64,000 nt of DNA from Nitrospinales bacterium (GCA_965262115.1 OZ253496.1:2272001-2336000); one strand, 5' to 3'; shown: positions 1-10,895, counted from the first letter of the stretch. Program-made: numbers and translations. The notes: a model not told the origin generated them from the sequence alone.

Positions 1-3000
1 AGACCAACTCGAATCGGTGGAGGGCATGAAAAAAATGACTTCCACCAGTCAGCATGGATTGAGCACCATCAACCTGGAGTTTGAATGGGGCATCGACAAA
101 AACCTGGCGATGCTCGATGTCAACAACAAGCTTCAACAGGTTAAAGACCTGCCGGTCAATTCCGACAAACCGACCCTGCGGTCTATTTCGAGCGACAACT
201 CCAGTCCTATCATGTGGATCGTTTTCGACAAGCCCTGAGAAGATGCCCAACCTCAATCAGAATTATATGTACAAGATCGGTGAGGATATCATTGTTCCTA
301 CCCTCAGGCGGGTGAAGGGCATTGCCGATGTCTGGCACTTCGGTGGGGAAGATCGGGAAATGCGGGTCGAGTTTGATCCTTATACTATGGCGCGTCTGCA
401 TGTGACCTACAAGGAAGTGATAGACTGGCTATCGGAAGAAAACCAGAACACCCGTGCGGGATTCCATGACGAAGCCAACCGATCTTACACCGTCCGCGCT
501 CTGGGAGAGTTTCTCAATCCGCAAGATATCCTCGATACGGTCATCAAGCGCGATGGCGACAAAACCATCAAGGTGAAAGATTTTGCCACGGTGGTGGACG
601 GCTATCAACGAACCAGTTCCCTGGTCCGCATCAGCGGCAACCTGTCCAACGCTTTCGGGGTGATTCGCAAAGCCGGAGCCAATGTGGTGGAAACCTGCAA
701 CCTGACCGCCAAAAAAGTAGCGGAGCTGAATCAGGAATTGTTGAACCGGGGAATCCCGCTACAATTAAAAATCGTTTACAAGGATGTGGACTATATCGAC
801 GAGGCCATGCGGCTGGTGAAAGCCAATCTTGGATTTGGGGCCCTGTTGGCTGTGGCCGTCCTGCTGGTGTTTTTAGGTTCTGCGCGGTCATTGCTCATTG
901 TTGCGATCAGCATTCCTGTGAGCCTGATCTCGGTATTCATCGTTCTTAAGCTTCTAGGGCGAAGCATTAATATTATTTCGCTTGCAGGCATGGCTTTCGC
1001 TGTTGGCATGGTGGTTGATAACTCGATTGTGGTGTTGGAAAATATTTATCGTCATCTCACCATGAGAAAGGGAGTTTTCAAGGCCGCCTACGACGGCGCT
1101 TCAGAGGTTTGGGGAGCGGTTCTTGCTTCAACGCTGACGACGCTGGCGGTTTTTATTCCCATCGTTTTCATTCAGGAAGAGGCGGGGCAGATGTTCCGCG
1201 ACATCGCCATCACCATCAGTGCCAGCATCGCTTTATCTTTGTTGGTATCCATCACCGTCATTCCAACCTTGGCCACGTTATTGATCCGTCTTGAGCCGGG
1301 GGAGGAATACCGACCAGGTTTTTTCCACCGCACTCTGTTCAAGCCGCTCGTCCTGATTGGAAGGAAGGTCGGTGATGCCTATTCCGGCGCTATGAAATGG
1401 ATACTGCGTCATTCTCCCGTCAGTATTCTTTTCAGAGTTTTTGTCATCGCCGGTGTGGGGTGGATGTTGTGGTACAGCGGCCAGGCTCTGCCGGCAAAGG
1501 ATTATCTGCCCTACGGCAACAATAATATGGTTTTCATGCTCATCGAACCAGTGGCGGGAACACCCGTTGAAACGAATATGCGTTACATGGCCGATTACGA
1601 AAAAAAGATTGTCGAGATGGAAGATGTCGACCGCAATTTCCTTGTGTTCTCATCACGCTTCAATGGGGGCGGTGCCATCATTGAAAAGGAATTGGCGGCA
1701 GGCCGGCGCGGCGAAGTAAAAATGGCGATTAAGTCCGGGGAAATGGGACGAGAAATTTTCCGCATTCCTGGTTACCGGTTTGCCTTTGCCATGCAAAGGC
1801 CTATTTTCCGGTCGGCCAACAAAACTTTTGAAGTCGAAATCACCGGACCGGATATGTTGAAACTGAAATCCAATGTACTGGATTTGATCGGGCAGATTTC
1901 CGGCATTGCCGGTGTCCACTCGGTGAGGCCGGAGTTCAAGTTCGGCAACCCGGAGCTTCGGTTCATTCCCCGGCGGGAAAACGCGGCCCGGTTGGACATG
2001 GGTATGGAGGAGATCGGGGATATTATCGAGTCGCTCAACGCCGGGAAATACCTGGGCGAGTTCAACGACCAGGGTGAACCCATCGACTTTGTTCTGGTGC
2101 AAAAGAAAGACGCCAATAAACTGGGACTGGAAGACTACCGTTCCCTGCCTGTATGGACCGAAGAAGGTATGATGACCCATCTCGGGCATCTGGTGGATGT
2201 GGAAATCGACGCAGGCCCCGCGCGCATCGACCATATTGGAACCGAACGCGCGATCAAGCTTCGCGTACAGGTGAGAAAAGATGTGGCCATGCAGTTGGTC
2301 ATCGACCGGGTTGATCAGGAAGTATTGGCAGGCGCAAGAGCAAACCTCGGTCAGGAATACGGACTGCGTATCGGTGGTTCCGCGGATGAACTGGCCTCCA
2401 CCGAAAAATCATTGATGAACAGTTTCGCTTATGCGTTGGGGTTCATTTATCTGCTTCTTGTGGCCCTCTTTTCCTCTTTTCTCAGACCGTTCATAGTTAT
2501 GCTTACGGTGGTGCTGGCTGTTTCCGGCTCCTTTCTCGGAATCGCCTGGAACAACTGGTACCAACGCGGGAATATTATTGAAATCCTCAATGAGTGGAAC
2601 GTGCCCAATGCGCAGGCCATGGATAATGATTGGACCTGGGTCACCTTTGACATTTTGACTCAGTTGGGGATTGTCATCCTCGCCGGCATTGTGGTTAATA
2701 ACGCCATCCTCATCGTGCATCAAATGCTCAACAATATTAAATCGGGTATGGAGGAACGCGAGGCCCTTCTTGTTTCCTGCCAGACACGGTTAAGACCCAT
2801 CATAATGACCGTTATCTCCAGCGTGTTCGGCATGATTCCCCTGGCTTTCGGAGAAGGCGCGGGTACCGAACTGTATCGGGGAATGGGCACTGCCCTGATC
2901 GGCGGATTGAGCTTCTCCACCCTGTTTACCCTTTTCCTGGTTCCTGTGCTGATATCACTGCTGATCGATATGGGATTCCACACCCGCAAAGAGGACCTCG

Positions 3001-3050
3001 TTAAAGATTCGCTCCAAGCAGATCCGGGTTCTGTACCAACAGCCAGCTGA
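1..3050 (+). CDS. AcrB/AcrD/AcrF-family RND permease, 5'-partial, with a +1 frame break at CCC-TGA (233-238)
   Basis: ORF 17..238 gives an AcrB-like N-terminal periplasmic segment and ORF 81..3050 continues in the +1 frame. RND motifs GMVVDNSIVVLENIYR and GIVVNNAIL...RLRPIIMT are present. Confidence 0.9.
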
Positions 3051-3097
3051 AAAAAAACTGCTTCCAGCACCCTACCGTGGGGGGGGGCAAAAGCTCA

Positions 3098-3784
3098 TTA
3101 ACTCTGGTGGTCCATTGGCCAGTCCTGGGGTGGGAGGCAGTCGATGACAATTTCTTCTTTGCTCGTCGGGTGATGGAAGACCATGCGCCGGGCGTGCAGA
3201 GCGATCCGTCCTTCCGGCAACATTGAGCTCGCGCCATACTTTTTGTCGCCAACGATGGGGTGCCCGATGAAGGCGAGTTGTGCCCGGATCTGGTGGAACC
3301 TTCCGGTATGCAGATGAATATCGAGCTGGCTGGTGGTGCCAGAAGTTTCGATGACTTCATAATCCAATAGAGCTTCTTTAGCGTCAGGGGTTGGGCGGGG
3401 GAACACGGTGGCCTTGAGGGATTTTTCTTTTCTCAAGTAATGCGTCAGACTGGCTTGCTGAGGTTCTGGAGTTCCTTCAACGAGAGCCCGATAAATTTTT
3501 TTTGTGGTTTTTTGACGAAACTGTTCTGAGAGCCGCGAGGAACCTTTGGATGTGCGGCCAAACACCACCACTCCCGACACCGGCCGGTCGAGCCGATGCA
3601 CCAATCCTAAAAACACTTTGCCGGGTTTTTTATATTCTGTTTTGATCCAGTCCTTGACCTGGTCCATTAGGGAAGCTTTGCAGGAATCGTCAGACTGAGT
3701 GAGCATTCCCGCAGGTTTGCACACCACGATCAAATGGTTGTCGAGATAGAGAATGTCGAGAGAAGAGTCAGGAAGGTTGCTCAA
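3098..3784 (-). CDS. RluA-family RNA pseudouridine synthase
   Basis: KPAG, HRLDRPVSG (catalytic Asp), TGRFHQIRAQLA, GHPIVGDKKYG, LHA motifs. Confidence 0.93.
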   Translation of the reverse strand: MSNLPDSSLDILYLDNHLIVVCKPAGMLTQSDDSCKASLMDQVKDWIKTEYKKPGKVFLGLVHRLDRPVSGVVVFGRTSKGSSRLSEQFRQKTTKKIYRALVEGTPEPQQASLTHYLRKEKSLKATVFPRPTPDAKEALLDYEVIETSGTTSQLDIHLHTGRFHQIRAQLAFIGHPIVGDKKYGASSMLPEGRIALHARRMVFHHPTSKEEIVIDCLPPQDWPMDHQS

Positions 3785-4436
3785 GCTTCAGTCCTTTGGC
3801 TTCGATGACCTTGAGCACCGGAGGGGTGACGATGCCGCCGGAAACCACATACTTGATGCCTTCCTCAATGGTCATCGAAACTTCCGTGAGTTCATCGGGC
3901 GGAGAAAAGATCAGGAATCCGGAAGTGGGATTGGGCATGGTCGGCACGAACACGTTGAGCATATTCTCCTGGGTAATCTGTTGCACTTCTCCGCGAGATT
4001 CGCCGGTCACAAACCCGACCGCCAGAAGTCCCCGGCGCGGGAACTCGAGCAGGACAACTTTGCGAAAGGCCGACGTGTCGGCCTGGGCGATGGAAACCAC
4101 TACCTGTTTGGAGCCTTTATAAATCCGACGGACGAATGGGATTTTTTCAACAAAGGTTTCGCCGAGTTCAAAAATCTTTTTTCCAAAAAAGTTAGTGGTC
4201 AGCCAACCCACTGCGAGCACGATCAGCAGGGTGATCAGCACTCCCAGAAAGGGGATGCGGTAACCTTCGGGAAAGGGCGCACCGAGTTGGATCAGCATAT
4301 TGGTGAATACCGGCGACAGGGCATCGAGGTTCTTGAACAGGAACTGCAAAATGAACCATGTCAGCGCGATCGGCAGGGTGATCAATAGCCCGGTGATGAA
4401 AACATTTCGAAGTCTGCGTTGGAAATTTTTAAGCAC
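3768..4436 (-). CDS. DUF502-family membrane protein
   Basis: FITGLLITLP, IPFVRRIY, VFVPTMPNPTSGFL, YVVSGG motifs. Confidence 0.88.
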   Translation of the reverse strand: MLKNFQRRLRNVFITGLLITLPIALTWFILQFLFKNLDALSPVFTNMLIQLGAPFPEGYRIPFLGVLITLLIVLAVGWLTTNFFGKKIFELGETFVEKIPFVRRIYKGSKQVVVSIAQADTSAFRKVVLLEFPRRGLLAVGFVTGESRGEVQQITQENMLNVFVPTMPNPTSGFLIFSPPDELTEVSMTIEEGIKYVVSGGIVTPPVLKVIEAKGLKLEQPS

Positions 4437-4545
4437 GGTGGTAAGGATGAGTTAAAGAATGGTGTGTGGGTCTGAAAACTTTCAATATATTATATAGGGA
4501 AAGCGGAGGAAGGCAATAGAGGGTCAGGGCGGGGTGGTTTTGCCC

Positions 4546-4573
4546 TTGACAGTTGTGGGATAATCGCTAATAT
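4546..4573 (+). promoter_or_regulatory. sigma70-like promoter of tRNA-Ala
   Basis: TTGACA-16 nt-TAATAT about 40 nt upstream of the tRNA. Confidence 0.55.
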
Positions 4574-4614
4574 CAAGCGGTTGCATTGCGGGTGGGGTAA
4601 AAAAACTAATAAAT

Positions 4615-4687
<73 letters not shown>

Positions 4688-4697
4688 TATCCATTTT

Positions 4698-4734
4698 AAA
4701 GGGCTTGGTCGTTTTGACCAGGCCCTTTGTTTTT
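4698..4734 (+). terminator. intrinsic terminator after tRNA-Ala
   Basis: AAAGGGCTTGGTC-GTTTT-GACCAGGCCCTTT followed by a T-rich tail. Confidence 0.7.
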
Positions 4735-4876
4735 GAAATTGTATGGGTGTAGTAACGCGGGGAAATGGGTGCGGGTCATTACAGTCAATGGTTGGTGCGT
4801 TTGAAAAAGGCCAAACCCAAATGAGATTTCTGTTATGTTGAACCCGGTATTTTCTTTTTTTCATTAGAGTATTTAT

Positions 4877-6292
4877 ATGGTTTTATCTACCCGAAAATTT
4901 TCATCCATAGCGCTTGCAAAAGAAATAGAGTCTCCAGAAAATCCTGGAGCATTGGAAAAACGTGTTGCACTGGTGCCGACAGATATTGGCAGACTTACTC
5001 AAGCTGGCATGAAAGTTTACGTTGAATACGGGGCTGGAGAGGGTGTTGGATTCAGTGATCGTGAGTACGAGCAAAACAACGCCATTATGCAAACACCAGA
5101 GGAAATTTATCGAGATAAGGAGATCATTATTAAGTTTAAAGGCCCATCACTCTTTTCAATTGAAGAGATGCGTGAGGGTTGCACCTTATTCTGTATGGCG
5201 CATTTTCATTCTTTTCAAGACCGGGCGAAGTTACTTCAGGATCGATGTATTAATGTAATTGCAATGGAAGAAATATGTGAATCACCAAAGGTTAACCCAG
5301 ATCAGGAAATTCTGGGTCGTCTTGCCATGGCTGAAGCCTTAAAGCCATTTTTTGAAGAAAACACCATTGGTGGCTTGCAGGTCAGAATCATGGGATGGAG
5401 TGACCGACTACGCAGTGCCATTCGCCGTTGCGGCAATCGCAACCCCCGCTCGTTGCAGATCATTCAACCAACGCTTTCGGTTGAAGAGCTATATGCGGTT
5501 GGACCGGATTCCTTATATTTTTATGACAGTCCAAACTTTGAAGATCGACAAGGTGTTCTGGCTAAACTGAAAAACGATGGTACACACATTTTTGATCTTT
5601 TTGAATTTGAACGGCAGCATGGCGAAAAAGCCATTGCTGCTTATCATGCTACCCATCCACCTGCAGAATTTGGGTTGCGCCGTATCCAGTGTCTGCATGA
5701 AACCGGCCAGGCAGGTGCACGGTATGGTGTTGAATTATTAAAAGAAAACAAACCCGCCTTGGACATTATGAACGCAAAGGCGGTTGTTCTGGGTTATGGC
5801 AATGTGGCTCAAGGGGCGTTGCATGAATTATATAACCAAGGGATTAAATTTATTCATGTGCTAGGTCGCCCACATACCTCCAGGGGCCACATTGATTTTT
5901 GGCTGAAGAATGTGGACTTAGTGGTAAACGGTGCGGAACAACCTCCGGAGTTACGGGGCGTGAACTTTTTAATTAGCAACCAACACTTGAAAGAATTTAT
6001 TCCAGATCAGTCCGTGGTTATTGACTTGGTGGGTGGCAGTGCAAGCAACCGAAGCCCTGTGGAAGCGGTTGTTAGCTGTAGTTTTCTGACAGAGCCTTAT
6101 TTTGTGCAGGATGGCGTCACCGTGTCGGCTTTATGGGGATGGCCAATGATGGGCATGATGCGAGAGACCGCCATTCGTTATTCTGGGCAAATCGTCGATG
6201 TCTTAATCGGTCATGAAAAACTTATTGACGGACTTCATTTGCTAAAACCCGGTGTTCAGCGAGCACTAGTTTGCGGCCCTTTTTATCAGTAA
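4877..6292 (+). CDS. Alanine dehydrogenase/PNT-superfamily NAD(P)-dependent oxidoreductase with a central insertion
   Basis: N-terminal KE...EKRVALVP, VEYGAGEGVGFSDREY, IIKFKGP; Rossmann VLGYGNVAQGA; VVIDL. Confidence 0.75.
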   Translation: MVLSTRKFSSIALAKEIESPENPGALEKRVALVPTDIGRLTQAGMKVYVEYGAGEGVGFSDREYEQNNAIMQTPEEIYRDKEIIIKFKGPSLFSIEEMREGCTLFCMAHFHSFQDRAKLLQDRCINVIAMEEICESPKVNPDQEILGRLAMAEALKPFFEENTIGGLQVRIMGWSDRLRSAIRRCGNRNPRSLQIIQPTLSVEELYAVGPDSLYFYDSPNFEDRQGVLAKLKNDGTHIFDLFEFERQHGEKAIAAYHATHPPAEFGLRRIQCLHETGQAGARYGVELLKENKPALDIMNAKAVVLGYGNVAQGALHELYNQGIKFIHVLGRPHTSRGHIDFWLKNVDLVVNGAEQPPELRGVNFLISNQHLKEFIPDQSVVIDLVGGSASNRSPVEAVVSCSFLTEPYFVQDGVTVSALWGWPMMGMMRETAIRYSGQIVDVLIGHEKLIDGLHLLKPGVQRALVCGPFYQ

Positions 6293-6345
6293 CTATCAAA
6301 ACTGCGTTCGACGGCATTTTTTATGGCAGAGCCGGGGGTTTTAAC

Positions 6346-6379
6346 AAAAAAAGGCCTGGCCATTTGGCCAAGCCTTTTT
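6346..6379. terminator. bidirectional terminator between the oxidoreductase and csp
   Basis: A-run, GGC(C)TGGCCA/TGGCCA(A)GCC stem, T-run. Confidence 0.65.
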
Positions 6380-6434
6380 AAATAAATATGGAACGGACTC
6401 CGGCAGAGTCAAAGTTCCGCCGGAAGATAGGTTC

Positions 6435-6635
6435 TTATTTGGGCACCACTTGAGTGGCTTGCGGACCTTTCTGGCCCATACCTTCTTCGAATTCGACTGC
6501 TTGGCCTTCTGTAAGAGTCTTAAAGCCTTCCCCTTGAATTTCTGAGAAATGAACAAAAAGATCTTTGCCGCTCTCGGACTCAATGAATCCATAACCCTTG
6601 CTTTCGTTAAACCATTTTACTGTTCCTACTGCCAT
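6435..6635 (-). CDS. cold-shock protein (CspA family), 66 aa
   Basis: [18 protein letters not shown]...LFVHFSEI (RNP1/RNP2); AGGAG upstream of the ATG at 6635. Confidence 0.95.
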   Translation of the reverse strand: MAVGTVKWFNESKGYGFIESESGKDLFVHFSEIQGEGFKTLTEGQAVEFEEGMGQKGPQATQVVPK

Positions 6636-7177
6636 AATAAATACTCTCCTGCAATTGAACGAGAACACACTCCCAGAAAGTCTGGATAAGGTCTTCCCTG
6701 TTTTTAAATTGGGTTGGATTGATGCAAGAACTTTTAGAGAACCGCTTCGACGAAAAACCTACTCACTTCCGCCTGTTAAACCAAAGTGTTTTTACAGGTC
6801 TGCTCTAGGCGAGAAACTAGAAGGAATCAAATTACACTACAGCTAAACAACCCTATGTTTACTCAAACAGGATAACATGAATACGGGGAATGTCCTAATT
6901 TGTCCCATAACAATAGACTGAGATTAAAGGTAAATCAACGTGGCGACCTCTTTCCCGCTCTGTGACTGAATTGGCGAGAATATTAAAAAATTATAATTTT
7001 AATCTCCTTGTAATCTTGCCCGAGCATTATAGCCTGATAATATCTCCTTCAGGGGATTCCCCTTGAGGCAAGGCATCAAAAAATCGTAAAGGATTTTCTA
7101 TTTTTTCCGCTCCTTTTTGGAGTGGTTTTTTTTGCCAATTACGCCAGTGGTAAACAGATTAAAGCAGAGGTAATTTT

Positions 7178-7363
7178 ATGCATGAAGTTAAGGTTTACGA
7201 CAGTTCCGGGAATTTGAAAAAAGTGATCTCGGTAAAAAAATTGAATATCCGGTCAAAGAAGCAATTGGAATTTCCTTCTCTTTTCAGGAAAAATAAAAGA
7301 ACCGGAAGGCCACTGACAAAACCTGCTAAAATGTCGGCGAAAGGTAAAGCGTCACAACTTTGA
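7178..7363 (+). CDS. small basic hypothetical protein
   Basis: GAGG RBS, Lys-rich 61 aa ORF directly upstream of rpsU. Confidence 0.6.
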   Translation: MHEVKVYDSSGNLKKVISVKKLNIRSKKQLEFPSLFRKNKRTGRPLTKPAKMSAKGKASQL

Positions 7364-7381
7364 AAACAGGAGTCCCCTATT

Positions 7382-7588
7382 TTGCAAGTCACCGTTTATC
7401 AGAATCAGGTCGAACGGGCGTTAAAAGGTTTTAAGCGCCAACTCAATAAAGAGGGTTTGTTCAAAGAGCTTAAGCGCAGACGGTTTTATGAAAAGCCGTC
7501 GGTCAAGAAAAAACGCAAGATAAAAGAAGCCAAAAAAAAGCGCAATATGGCGATGCGGCGGGGGCGCTCTGCCTGGCATCAGATGTAG
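7382..7588 (+). CDS. rpsU: 30S ribosomal protein S21
   Basis: ERALKGFKRQ...ELKRRRFYEKPSVKKKRK; AGGAG RBS, TTG start. Confidence 0.92.
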   Translation: MQVTVYQNQVERALKGFKRQLNKEGLFKELKRRRFYEKPSVKKKRKIKEAKKKRNMAMRRGRSAWHQM

Positions 7589-7646
7589 AGGCTGCCCAAT
7601 AATCTTCGTTCCTGGTCTTCAACCTCTCGTTCTACTGAATAAAACA

Positions 7647-7684
7647 AAAGGGCTCAGCGATTTTCGCTGGGCCCTTTTGTTTTG
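7647..7684 (+). terminator. intrinsic terminator after rpsU
   Basis: AAAGGGCTCAGCG-ATTTT-CGCTGGGCCCTTT followed by a T tail. Confidence 0.7.
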
Positions 7685-7758
7685 AAATTATAGGGTGTTG
7701 TCCCGATCTCGTTGTGCAAAAATATCAACCAACATTGGTCAACCAACTGTGAAGTAAT

Positions 7759-8954
7759 ATGCAGAGTCCCTATAATTCGTCGGAAAATTTTTATTCGGAC
7801 CTACCAATATTCAGGGATTTTTTGGGAGTGTCGGATGAAAAAACTTTCATGATGTTCCTGAAGATTGGCTGGTTGTTGTTTCTGATATTAAGGGGTCGAC
7901 TAAAGCGATTGAAAGTGGACGCTACAAGGATGTAAATATTCTGGGGGCTTCTTCAATTATCGCTGTTCTCAATTGCGTTCAGAATATCGAAATTCCCTTC
8001 GTTTTTGGCGGCCACGGCGCTTCATTCGTTGTTCCGGAGTCCTGCAGGAAGCTAGTAGAAAAAGCTTTGAATGGTGCCCGGAGACTCGCTCACTGTAGTT
8101 TTGATATGGAGCTAAGGGTGGGAATGGTGCCGGTGAAAGTTATCCTTGAAGGGGGATTTCGGACGCGGATCGCCAAGATGCAGGTCTCTCCATGGGGAAC
8201 TTTGGCTATGTTTTCTGGCGGCGGTTTGGCTTATGCAGAGAAACTAATAAAAGATCCCGAAATATCCGCGACCTATGAAATTCAACCCGGCTTTGATGAT
8301 AAAGAGGATCACGGTCTTTTTGAAGGATTGGAATGCAGATGGGAACCGATCGCCAGTAAAAAAGGTGAAACTTTATGCCTCATGGTTTTGGCTAGAGGGG
8401 ACAGCAAACTTAAAAGCGCCGAATCCTATGCCAATTTCATTGAAGAGATACGGAAAATATATGGATCGCAAAGGGATTATAGCCCTGTCAGCCCAAGTCA
8501 AATGAAGGTGATATTGGACTCCAAGCTATTGGCCTCGGAAACAAAAGTCCGAACCTTCAATAAAAAAATTTTAACACGTCTGGTTTATCCTGTCTTATTA
8601 ATATTGTCTTGTATTATAGGAAAAATCATTTTCAAATTCGGGCTTAAAGTTGGGGAGATGGATGGGGAAGAATACTTAAATATGTTGACGAAAAACTCTG
8701 ATTTCCAGAAATTTGATGACACTCTGCGAATGACCATCGATAACAACCCGGAATAACGAAAAAAACTTGTCGGATATCTGGAAGCTCAGAGGAAGGCGGG
8801 AGCATTATTTTATGGAATTCAAATTTCCGATTCAGCATTAATGACGTGTATGGTTTTTGACCGCAAAGACCGCCATCTGCATTTTGTGGATGGGGCCTCC
8901 GGCGGATACGCTTTGGCCGCGAAACAGATGAAGAGCCAACTCGCTGGAAATTAA
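7759..8954 (+). pseudogene. DUF3095-family protein, frameshift plus nonsense
   Basis: ATG at 7759 (FYSDLP). Frameshift at the A6 run 7838-7843 into VPEDWLVVVSDIKGSTKAIESGRYKDVN. In-frame TAA at 8754-8756, after which ALMTC...HLHFVDGASGGYALAAKQMK continues to TAA 8954. Confidence 0.85.
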
Positions 8955-8981
8955 AAATTTATACGGAAGATCATTAACGTT

Positions 8982-9575
8982 ATGAAAAATTTGCTATTGA
9001 TCATGGTGCTGGTTTGGGCAATGCCATCGTTGGCATGGGCCGGTTATCAGGAGGCCACAGACGCGTTTGATCGGGGCGATGCCCTGACAGCGTTGAAAGA
9101 GTTTCAAGCTCTTGCGGATAGTAACGATGCCAGGGGCCAATATGGCCTGGGGATCATGCATGACCTGGGAGACGGCGTCCCGCAAAGTTCAGAACAAGCG
9201 GCGAAGTGGTACCGACTTTCCGCCGAGCAGGGCTACGCAGACGCCCAGAATAACCTGGGAGTGATGTATGAAAATGGGGAAGGTGTCCCGAGGAATTATG
9301 ATGCCGCCATGAAGTGGTACCGAAAAGCGGCAGAACTGGGAAACAAGGATGCTCCCAACAACATCGGGGTCATGTATATGACTGGAAGCGGCGTGCGGCG
9401 GGATTTCGTGAAAGCCCGTATGTGGTTCAGCATAGCGGGAAAGGGTGATCCTGACGCGACCAGCAACAAGAACTTTCTCTTGAAAAGAATGACACCAGAA
9501 GAAATTGCGCAGTCTGAAAACCTGGCGCAGGAATGGTTGAAGATTCGAAGTCAGGGGAAAGTGGGAAAAAATTGA
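8982..9575 (+). CDS. secreted Sel1-repeat protein
   Basis: signal peptide; repeated AQNNLGVMY..G.GV..D...A.KWYR.AAE.G. Confidence 0.92.
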   Translation: MKNLLLIMVLVWAMPSLAWAGYQEATDAFDRGDALTALKEFQALADSNDARGQYGLGIMHDLGDGVPQSSEQAAKWYRLSAEQGYADAQNNLGVMYENGEGVPRNYDAAMKWYRKAAELGNKDAPNNIGVMYMTGSGVRRDFVKARMWFSIAGKGDPDATSNKNFLLKRMTPEEIAQSENLAQEWLKIRSQGKVGKN

Positions 9576-9635
9576 AAGTAGCATGCGTGGAATGTAGATT
9601 GAAAAAAATGACAGCGAGGTTTATTTAATTGCGGA

Positions 9636-9995
9636 GACCCGGAGAAAATAAGAACAGTCTTCTTGAACGTATTTGAAAACGCCATTAAATATAATAATAG
9701 GGGAGGCAAGGTTACCTTGAGCCTGACCCATGAGGGTCCCGAAAAAATCTGGTTTGCCATTCGAGATACCGGGGGCGGGATACCGGGAGGAAAATATAAA
9801 AAAATATTCGATCCGCTCTATCGACTTGAGAACCATGTCGAAAACTGTATAATAGATGGTGTTGGGTTGACCGTTGTTAAAAAATTTGTGGCGGTTATGA
9901 ATGGCCGGGTCTATGTGGAAAGCAAACTTGGGATAGAAACTTGTTTTACCCTGGAATTTGAAAGATGGACCGATAAGGATGGTATTTCAAAATAA
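9636..9995 (+). pseudogene. orphan HATPase_c fragment of a sensor histidine kinase
   Basis: DPEKIRTVFLNVFENAIKYN (N box), DTGGGI (G1), IFDPLYR (F), GVGL (G2); no HisKA or sensor part upstream. Confidence 0.75.
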
Positions 9996-10066
9996 TTTTC
10001 CCTCACGCTTGTTTTTCATTGTGATTTCATTTTCGCATTTGTGAGGGACTACAGGAATATTAAATA

Positions 10067-10855
10067 TTGAAAAGGTATTTTTTTAAATTCGTCCTGTCTG
10101 TTTTTTGTGTTGGGTGCCTCGGCTGTGGGCAGGGTTCTCATGAAACTCAAAACTCCAGGCTCGTCATTGCCATTGACGCGACGTTCATCCCGATGTCATT
10201 TTTAAATGACCAGGGGGAACTGGATGGATTTGAGGTGGACCTGATTAAGGAGGTCGTGAAAAATGCCGGGTTCGATTATGAACTGGTTAACGTGGAATGG
10301 GGCGGATTATTTGGAGGGTTGATCACTGAAAAATTCGATTTGGTTATCAGTTCGATAACAATTCTTGAAGAAAGAAAAAACCGCATGGCTTTCAGCATTC
10401 CCTATCTGCAGAGCGGGGTTGCCGTACTGGTCCGAAAGGATCTCGCGAATGTCGAGAGCCTGGAACAGCTGGCTGAAATAAAGGCTACGGTCGGAGCTCA
10501 GATCAACACGACCTCGTATTATTTTTTGCAAAAGCATCTAGGTGTAAATATCAAGACCTATGAAAAATTTGGTCATGCGGTTATTGATATGGCCAATAAG
10601 GGTAACGATGGAGTGGTCGGAGACTCTGTCCAGGTGAATTATTATTTCAATAAGAATAAGGAATTGACCCAAAACGCCAGGTTTCTGGGCTCCAGAATGA
10701 CCTCGGAGTTTTATGGTATTGTCCTGCGCAGAGAAAATCTTGAACTGAAACAGAAAATTGATGCCAGCTTGAAGGAACTGCTTAAAAATGGAATGGTTCA
10801 AAAGCTGCATGGAAAATGGAACCTGGGGGATTTTGCCGTAGTACCACCAGCGTGA
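10067..10855 (+). CDS. polar amino-acid ABC transporter substrate-binding lipoprotein
   Basis: lipobox-like LGC; DATFIPM, GFEVDL, ITILEER...FSIPY. Confidence 0.9.
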   Translation: MKRYFFKFVLSVFCVGCLGCGQGSHETQNSRLVIAIDATFIPMSFLNDQGELDGFEVDLIKEVVKNAGFDYELVNVEWGGLFGGLITEKFDLVISSITILEERKNRMAFSIPYLQSGVAVLVRKDLANVESLEQLAEIKATVGAQINTTSYYFLQKHLGVNIKTYEKFGHAVIDMANKGNDGVVGDSVQVNYYFNKNKELTQNARFLGSRMTSEFYGIVLRRENLELKQKIDASLKELLKNGMVQKLHGKWNLGDFAVVPPA

Positions 10856-10861
10856 CGCTGG
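10847..10861. repeat. CCAGCGTGACGCTGG palindrome (also 20488-20502, 47929-47943, variant 32787-32802)
   Basis: direct sequence comparison. Confidence 0.8.
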
Positions 10862-10864
10862 GGC

Positions 10865-10895
10865 TGTGATATTCTTCCTTAGCCTTCATGCCCCG
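10865..10895 (+). repeat. left part of a ~40-bp GTGATAT...TTCATGCCCCG unit, interrupted by IS110
   Basis: TGTGATATTCTTCCTTAGCCTTCATGCCCCG abuts the IS110 right end. Confidence 0.85.

Noticed and set aside
4688..10850. Integrase-type island or prophage at tRNA-Ala
   Set aside because: No integrase, no duplicated tRNA 3' end noticed, and the block includes rpsU.
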